64,000 nucleotides of DNA from Octopus sinensis (lineage: Eukaryota): positions 41,912,001 through 41,976,000 of the forward strand of contig NC_043008.1 in NCBI RefSeq assembly GCF_006345805.1, read 5' to 3'. Below the pieces are notes generated by a model that saw only the letters and a list, made by a program, of their open reading frames with translations, was not told the DNA's origin and did no database searches. Within the stretch, counting starts at the first letter, position 1. Every line of letters starts with the position of its first letter. The position numbers and the translations under genes were made by a program. Positions 55,381-64,000 of this stretch are shown one piece after another.

Positions 55381-56197
55381 ATGGAGACGTTTGCAATTAT
55401 CATCACAGTCAACGGTGTACTCAATACATTGCAGTTAACATCATATGCAACAAAATAGCTAAACAACCCAATCTTGTAGTTAGAAGTGTTCTTCCTTTCA
55501 TTTATATCTGATACCATTCGAGGTAGTTTCTACGTTTTTGCTACATCTTCAAAAAAATAACAGGTAAAGGTCTCGCCAGTCTCTTTAGTAACGGAACACA
55601 CAGAAAAATAGAGTCCCATAACATAAAACAAGATGGTCACAATTTGAACTCCGTTGCTCGTTTATCGATCTTGATCGAAATTAACCTGGAGATAAGCAAC
55701 AATATAAAATGGTGACCTGAAGTTATATATTTTAGCTATTATTGGTTAAACGACCAGACATTGGTAGTTATGATTGGCTCGGACATATTTTGAGAAGAAT
55801 ATGGACTCAACTAGCTGACACTTTAAAATTCTGATCAACAAACCACTCAAACCGCAGTAATTGAACTACCTTGATTCCTAACACACGAGCAAGGTAACAT
55901 ATTTTGTGGGAGGTGTATCATCGATTGAAAGTATGTCATTAAAACAATTGATTTCAATTGAATCGAACGCATTAAGATGAAAGGAAAAGTTGACCTTGTG
56001 TGGGCCTTTGTACATGGAACGTTAAGAAGTGGAACTGAACACCGCAATGTAGTTTGTTTGATGCTCTACTGATTGCGCCTAAGTACTGAATGATATTTTT
56101 GCAACACTAGCTATTTATTAACTAGATACGCATCGATAATTTTATTGATCGAAACATATGGGTCAAAATCATTTCTTCAAATGAAAAAAAAACAAAT

Positions 56198-56432
56198 GGC
56201 ATAGGCGTATCTGTGTCGTGAGAAGCTTGCTTCCCAACGACACGGTGCCGGGTTCAGTCCGACTCCGTGAAATTGGATTAAATGTCTTCTAATATAGACT
56301 CGGACCGACCAAAGCCTTGTACGTGTATTTGAGAGACGGAAACTGGAAGCAAGTCATGAGTGTATATCTATATATACTCTTTTACACTTTTACTTGTTTC
56401 AGTCATTTGACTGAGTCCATGCTGGAGCACCA
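56198..56432. mobile_element. SINE family A 5' half (+, 56198-56360) and a separate tail fragment (-, 56376-56432)
   Basis: GGCATAGGCGTATCTGTGTCGTGAGAAGCTTGCTTCCC...GACCAAAGCCTTG, and TTTTACTTGTTTCAGTCATTTGACTG...CATGCTGGAGCACC. Confidence 0.72.
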
Positions 56433-56654
56433 TATATATATATATACATATATAGTTGAGGTGTATTCCGTGGAGAACGTATTAATGTACTAAGTAGAGC
56501 TCGTTCTCCCTTAGAATTACCAGATACTCGGCAGTATTATGGTATACTGCCAATTCATTCATACACACGTACATACATACATACATACATACATACATAC
56601 ATACATACATAGTATTAATTATATTCAAGCCAGGTGGTATTAGCTTTGAGTCTC

Positions 56655-56700
56655 TACATCCTGATGAAGGCTGGAGGGTATATCAGCAGAAACGTTGTGT
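56655..56700 (+). ncRNA. Hammerhead-like motif with canonical core and weak stem I
   Basis: CTGATGA-AG-GCTG(gagggtatat)CAGC-A-GAAA-CG-TT. Confidence 0.5.
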
Positions 56701-57322
56701 TGACAACAAACAAGATGAGGACAAATATCTCTTAAATGTAAATAATGTAAATAATGTACATAATTCCTCAACTCTTAAATATAAAACTGTTTTGCGATAT
56801 TTAGTTGAAACTTTTTACATTGCCAGTTCACATCCTGCCTAAGTCCACTTATTTTCAATGTTCCAAGTTGATAATAAAAGTACCACTCCATTACTGCATG
56901 CTTCACTTGATGTGGATGACCATAAGCGGCCTTCCTTATCCAACTCTCTGTGAATTGGTGATTTTGCATCTCTGTTAGGAATTATTTACGGTTTCGGATT
57001 TATGGGAAATAAAGAGAAGGGTCACCGCTAGAAACATTTGTCAGTAAAAATTATTGAACAAGGAAATAAATGGTAAAATCATTATCTTATGCGTTAACAT
57101 CGTTGTCATCGTCGTCGTCGTCTTTCTAATCATCGTTATGCTCATCTTCATTATCATCCTCATCATCATCAATCAACATTCGTCGTCATCGTCATCATTA
57201 TCATAATCATCAACAGCCTGAACATAGTCACTGTCATCCGTAATACTACGACTAAAACAAAAAAGTACAGCAACAACCTCTACGAAGAAGACTGGCCGAA
57301 AGGAAAGTCAGAGACTTAGTGA

Positions 57323-57324
<2 letters not shown>

Positions 57325-57353
<29 letters not shown>

Positions 57354-58420
57354 TGTATGTATGTATGTATGTATGTATGTATGTATGTAGGTATGTATGT
57401 ATGTATGTAGGTATGTATGTATGTATGCATGTATGTATGTATGCATGTATGTATATATGTATGTATGTATGTAGGTATGTATGTATGTATCTATGTATAT
57501 ATGTATGTATGTATGCATGTATGTATGTATGTATTTATGTATGTTTGTATGTATGTATGTATGTATATGTATGTATGTATGTATGCATGTATGTATGTAT
57601 GTATGTATGTATGTATGTATGTATGAATGTATGTATGTATGTATGTATCTATGTATATATGTATGTATGTATGTATGCATGTATGTATGTATGCATGTAT
57701 GTATGCATGTATGTATGTATGCATGTATGTATGTATGTATGTATGTATGTATGTATGTATGTATGTATTATGTATGTATATATGTTTGTTTGAATGTAGT
57801 TATGTATGTAGGCATGTTTGTATGTAGGTGTGCATGTATGCATGTATGTTTTATGTATAATTGAATTATGTATATATGTATATATGTATATATGTATGTA
57901 TTATGTATGCAGGAAGATAGGTATGTAGATATTATGTAAGTATAAATAAATGTATGTGTGTATGTATAATTGAATATATGTATGTATGAATGTATGAATG
58001 AATGAATGTATGCATGTATGTACGTATGTACGTATGTATGTATATATGTATGTATGTGAGTATGTATGAATGAATGAATGAATGAATGTATGCATGTATG
58101 TTTGTATAAATTAATGTATGTATGTTTATGTTTGTATGTATATATGTATGTATGTATGTATGACTGAATGTATGCATGCATCAATATATGCATGTATATG
58201 TTAAGTATGTATGAATGAATGTTTGTATGTATATATATATGTATGTGCAGATTTCTATGTTTAATGTACGTATTCCAGTGTATATAGTTTCCTATCTAGA
58301 CATGCTCAAATGTATGTACATAAGTATGTATCAATGTATGTATGTAAGTATTTATGTATGTATGCATGTATGTATGTATATATGTGTGTGTGAGTATATG
58401 TGTATGGGTGTATGTGTGTG
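57325..58420. repeat. (TATG)n microsatellite decaying into low complexity, about 1.1 kb
   Basis: Read directly. Confidence 0.95.
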
Positions 58421-58421
58421 T

Positions 58422-58570
58422 GTCATTTTTCAGTTTTATTTCAAGATTTCTTGCCAATAGAGAAAGAACCGGATTCTAATCCAGATCCAAGTTTCCTTCA
58501 TTGGAATTTCAACATCAACAACAGGCTATTTTTGTATGTATGTATGTATGTATGCATGTATGTACGTATG

Positions 58571-58604
<34 letters not shown>

Positions 58605-58850
58605 TCTATGTATGTATGTATGTATGTATGTTTGTTTGTATGTATGTATGTATGTATGTTTGTTTGTATGTATGTATTTATGTATGTATGTGTGTATGTG
58701 TGTTTTATGTATGTATCCTCATGCATATAGCTTCCTATCAAGAAATGTATATTGCGAATTTTTACAGTTCTAGTCATGGATCTGTAGTCTTCGAATTCAG
58801 GTACAAACCTGAACTTGCAATCTGGATAGATTAACTACAGATTTCTCAAT
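58422..58850 (-). mobile_element. R4/Dong-clade 3' end, same family as 31398-31818, with internal (TACA)n expansion
   Basis: 58422-58535 is the reverse complement of about 31700-31818, and 58800-58830 matches CTATCCAGATTACAAGTTCAGGTTT at 31427. Confidence 0.75.
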
Positions 58851-59121
58851 CTATGTATGAATGTATCTACGTATGAACGTATGGATATATATATATATAT
58901 ATATAAATTATATATATATACATGTGTTTGACTTGATTATGCGGAGCACTTAATGCTTCTGTAATCCAAGTTACCATGTTTTTTTATGAAATGATGTTTA
59001 TTCCCTGAACAATGTTTTTTCTTTGTTATCTCTGTCTCAATTACATTTGAGCACTTCTTTTTCCCACCCTTATAACCCCTTTTGGCTACATAAAAAAGAG
59101 ACAAAAAGTTATCTCTTGCCG

Positions 59122-59170
<49 letters not shown>

Positions 59171-59175
59171 CTATA

Positions 59176-59218
<43 letters not shown>

Positions 59219-59219
59219 C

Positions 59220-59273
<54 letters not shown>

Positions 59274-59324
59274 ACACACATATATATACATACATACATA
59301 TACATACATACATACATACATACA

Positions 59325-59358
<34 letters not shown>

Positions 59359-59911
59359 CATGTTGTTGTGTCTGCTTAGATCATTTAACATACTCATTGG
59401 AAAATTTTCCACTCATTTGCTTATTTATATTTCCTAAAATTTTAGTTGCGTCTTGCAACCTTTTCAATTGTCGTCATGCGATCTGCGTTCTTTTTGTTTG
59501 TTTGTGCGTATGTTTGTGAGTCAGAGTGTTTGCGCATTCACACGTAAGTATGTATCTGTGTATGCTTGTATGTATGTACGCATGTGCCTGTATACATATA
59601 TGTATGTGTGTATGTGCGTATGCATATATGTAAGTATGTGTCCATTTTTGTACTTACGTGTTCTGCATATTCATATGCGTGTATTAATGTATACTTGTAA
59701 TGCATAATGCAAGGGGGAGTGAGAGGTGAAGACAGATGTAGTTTATAATATTTACTCTTCACTGAAAAAAATTCTCGCTCGTATATTCCGGATTTGCATT
59801 TAAATGGTTACATCATAACTGCTTACTACGTAGTCTGATAGCCGATTCAGAATGTAGCGCTTACTGTGATAGCCGCATGATATATAGATAAACATATATA
59901 TGTTCACATAA

Positions 59912-60261
59912 TATATTAATAAATAAAATATATGCATATATATATATATATACATATATGTACATACCTACCTCTCCATGTATATATACACGCATATATG
60001 AGTACAGGACACCAAAAAAACGTCGAACACAATGAGAAACAAAAACATGGACACAAACCCAAGGAACTTGACATTTTTCTTAAACAACAAAAAAATAGAG
60101 TACAGGACAAATAACACAAGGAAAAAACCCCTTCTTCAGTCGCCATGGTTTCATCTACTCTACGTTTCGAAGCTGTACTCATATATGCGTGTATATATAC
60201 ATGTAGAGGTAGGTACGTACATATATGTATATATATATGCATATGTTTTATTTATTAATAT
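59912..60261. repeat. Element with inverted arms of about 95 bp, Penelope-like inverted terminal repeat
   Basis: 59912-60007 is mirrored at 60173-60261 (...ACGCATATATGAGTACAG / CTGTACTCATATATGCGT...). The inner minus strand keeps GAAA-CG-TA-GAGT, a hammerhead 3' half. Confidence 0.8.
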
Positions 60262-60757
60262 ATTATATGACGGAACGCACGCATCCCTTTCGAAATAAGA
60301 TTGTTCTTGATATATGTTCACATACTTATGTATGTAGAAAAAGGGGGAGAAGATCAAACAATGGGGTGGGGTATGAATGATCGATCATAATGACAAATTA
60401 GTTATGTGTGTGTGTGTGCGAGAGCGCGTATTTGTGTGCGCGCGGGAGAGATAGAGCGGGCGGATATATAGATGTATGGTTTATGTGCGCATGTACGTTC
60501 ATAGGAAGATAGATGCAAACGTGATTTTAACTACGTATTTTAAAAACACAAACTCGCAAACGTACACTACGGTGAATGTGTGTGCATACATACATACATA
60601 CATACACGCATACATATATATATGCATAGATACACACACAAGCATGCATATGTTGTGGATATGTGTACGGGTTTGTGTACGCGCACAAGCAAGTTGAGCC
60701 ATTGTATTATTTAAAGACAATATAGTCATTTCAATAATAAAATTATTTATAAAAATT

Positions 60758-61530
60758 AACAAGAGAGAGAGAGGCAGAGTCGAAAATTGGCCGAAAGAGA
60801 GAGCGGGGGGGTGAAAGAGGCAAGTGAAATAGAGCGTGTGTTTGTTAGAGAGAAGGGGAGGGAGGGGTATAGAGAGAGGGGGAGATGTATAGAGAGAGTG
60901 AAGAGGAGTAGAGAGAGAGCGAGAGAGAGGGAACGAAAGAAAGGGAAGGAGAGAGAGAGGGAATGAGGGAGAGGGAGCGAGAGAGTAGAAGCGAGAAAGA
61001 GAAAGAAGGTCAGAGAGGGAGAGAGCGCGGGAGAGTGGGAAAGAGGAAAGGCAAGGAGAGAGAGATGCAAAGTGAGAGTAAGACATAATCAGACATACAG
61101 TGAGAAGACTAGAGAGAGAGACTGTGTGTACTTTAAAGGTAAAGGGAGAGAGAGACAGAGAGACAGAGAGACACACAGACAGACAGAAAGAGAGAGAGAG
61201 TGAATGTGTTTGAGACAGAGAAAGAAAGAGAGAGAGAGTAACGAATGGTCTGACACGAAGTTAGCCAGATAGACTGTGTGTATTAGGGAGGGAGAGAGAG
61301 AGAAAAAGGATAGAGTAACAAAGACGCAACCACAGTGTGATAAGGAAAGAATGAGACAGAGGAAAGGGTGAGAGTGATGCATTGAAAGGCTGACTGAGAA
61401 AAAGAGAGAGAGTTTATGGCAAAGAGTGCGAAAGACAGTAAGCGAGAGATATGCTTTCTAGGAAATAAACAGGAAGCAAAAAGAAATTCGAAATAAAGGA
61501 AAGAATAAAGCAGAAGAATAGAAGAGAGAA
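60758..61530. repeat. Polypurine (GA-rich) low-complexity tract
   Basis: About 770 bp that is strongly G/A on the + strand. Confidence 0.9.
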
Positions 61531-61870
61531 CATGCAAAGATAGTAAAATAGAAAGTCGGGAATTGTAGAAAAATCGATTCTGATCAATCTGAAGGAGAAT
61601 AGAATATTTTTTTGTTTAGCATAGTCAGGATGGACTTTTGGTTTTCATGGAAACATATCGTAAATAGAGAACGAGAAGCGTAGGAAATAGAACCGCCACG
61701 AAGCGACGAACAGCAATAAGTGCTTGCTTATAGTCATATCTGCATATATATGCATACATACATACATACATACATACATACATTACATACATACATACAT
61801 ATATATATATATATATTATAATATATATATTATATATATATATATATATAATATATATATATATTATATA

Positions 61871-61910
<40 letters not shown>

Positions 61911-62181
61911 CATTTACATACGCTCACGAAAGTACACGTTACTCTCTTTCTCTCTCTCAGTCTCTCTCTTTCTCTGCATATATTATATGAATGTATGCCT
62001 GTATATCTATATACCCATACATACATCATAAGAGGAGGTAAGAGAGATAACTCAAAGTGGTCAGTGGCATGTAATGTATGTGAATAACGTAGACAAATAC
62101 AGGTATGTTCAATGCCATACAACATAAATTTTTCTACATGGCAACATAAAAATAATAAAGAAATATATATATTTATATATA

Positions 62182-62423
62182 TCACCGTGATCACCTGACC
62201 GACCAGGCTATCAGATGTTGTTATACATCGCCGGTCACAATGCACTTTGCATTGTTTTAGCCTTCAAATGATGCCACCCCACTGGCTATGCGACCAGGCC
62301 AACAGAAGAAAGAGTGAGAGAAAGTTGTGGCGAAAGAGTACAGCAGGGATCGCCACCACCCTCTGCCCGGTCTGGGAATCGAAACCGCGATCCTATGACC
62401 GCAAGTTCGACATTGCACCTCCA
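62182..62423 (-). mobile_element. SINE family B, internally deleted copy
   Basis: Aligns to 419-712 and lacks the segment at about 585-625 of that copy. Confidence 0.85.
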
Positions 62424-62430
62424 CATATAC

Positions 62431-62468
<38 letters not shown>

Positions 62469-62501
62469 ATATATACATAAATATATAAATATATATATAC
62501 A

Positions 62502-62545
<44 letters not shown>

Positions 62546-62720
62546 ACATACATATATGTATATATATATATAGAGAGAGAGGGAGAGTCGGGAGAGGGGG
62601 AGATAGACGGACGGAAACATAGATATAGTCTAACGTACATACTAATGTTGAGCGACATGCACCGATGTGATTGATGTGTTACATGTCAATCCGATACATA
62701 TATATATGTGTATATATATG

Positions 62721-62764
<44 letters not shown>

Positions 62765-63131
62765 TATCTGACGTAAAGGCTTCCAACAAAGGTTTCTCTA
62801 CACCAGTCAGTCAGGTGGCGGGGATTAAACGCATGACGTGTTAAAACTAACCGCGGAAGCCATTTCAAGTTATTTTCAGTCTATACAAACAATATACAAC
62901 TGTATATCATAAATGTTATGGTGTGCTGTGTTTCTATCTTTAGATCTGCCTGAGTACCCTCTTATATGAACCCCATCAATCAACATCTATACTAAGCAAG
63001 CCGTGATCGATATAGCAACCAAAATAAATGAAATAGGAAAAGGAAATTCATACATTTATTTGAAATTAATGTCCCCGTTTTTTAGTTACTTTCCAGTATT
63101 GATCGGACGTAAGTTTTCAAAACTGACCAAA

Positions 63132-63330
63132 TACGAGGCGGTGCCGAAATGTTCCTGGCTTTGGGCAAAGGAAAATACAGAAGGATCGCTTACTTATGCT
63201 TTTATTCAACAAATTCCTTTTGCAAAATCACAAATATGTTGCAGCGATCCTTCAGTTTTTCTTAGCCCTGTAAGAGAACTCGGAAGGATGGACATCCAAC
63301 AAGGCCTTTCACGATACTTTTCAACTCTCC
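63132..63330 (-). mobile_element. Mariner-type terminal fragment
   Basis: TA|CGAGGCGGTGCCGAAATGTTCC terminus, and TTTATTCAACAAATTCC, the reverse of the mariner C-terminal xEFVE*. Confidence 0.55.
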
Positions 63331-63560
63331 CTCATATACATATATATATATATGATCAAAATAGTCGACAGATTTTTTAGTTGTCCATCGCTCCCAAAGT
63401 CGTCCTCTTACAAGCTCGTTCACCACCTCAAGTACGCTTGCATGCAGTGTAACAGGGAAAATGTTTACGTTAGGTTCTACTGTCCACTTGATGGGACTTG
63501 TTTCTGACATAAATACATATGTATACACGCATACATACATACATACATACATACATACAT

Positions 63561-63617
<57 letters not shown>

Positions 63618-63748
63618 GAGAGAGAGAGTGAGATAGACAGGAGACAACTAGACACTCATACATATATTCACACAAACACATTCAAATATACATTTATACA
63701 AATATACATAGATACTCACAAACGCATATACACACACACACACACACG

Positions 63749-63784
<36 letters not shown>

Positions 63785-63903
63785 CGTTTTCATGATGGAA
63801 GTTAACTACAGAAGGATTTTACAGACACACACACACACATATGGCGTTGTTGCTTTGCATTTATAATAAATAAATATATACAAACTATAAAAATAACATA
63901 CAT

Positions 63904-63993
63904 TACAGTACTGTTTCTACTTCGCGGATTTCCACCTCTCGAGGCAGGTTTTGGAATGTAACACCCGAGATAGTCGAGGCATTAATGTGTATA
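63904..63993. mobile_element. Short degenerate MITE-like element
   Basis: TACAGTACTG..TCTACTTCGCGG pairs imperfectly with CCGAGATAGTCGAGGCATTAATGTGTA. Confidence 0.35.
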
Positions 63994-64000
63994 CTGCGCC

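Overview
This is AT-rich, microsatellite-saturated eukaryotic DNA, not prokaryotic. The SINE families and the heavy (TA)n/(TACA)n/(TAGA)n load resemble a coleoid cephalopod such as Octopus (inference, from recalled repeat families). Almost all ORFs in the supplied track are translations of simple repeats. The real content is: at least four tRNA-headed SINE families, two copies with perfect 17-bp target-site duplications; decayed R4/Dong-clade and RTE-clade LINE fragments; three mariner relics plus a DD37D and a DD36E Tc1/mariner relic; a TIR element nested in a mariner; Helitron-like ends; an ORF1-only retroelement sharing a 3' stem-loop with a SINE; and a 100-N gap. Three isolated exon candidates (23.7, 48.3, 54.7 kb, + strand) suggest the window is mostly intron of an unidentified host gene. 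The most notable signal is about ten dispersed minimal type-I hammerhead-ribozyme motifs in Penelope-like repeat remnants and hairpins. Several carry non-canonical cores (A3-U8, U3-A8, U6, C4) while keeping the helices. All calls were made by eye, and element boundaries are approximate unless a TSD or TIR is quoted.
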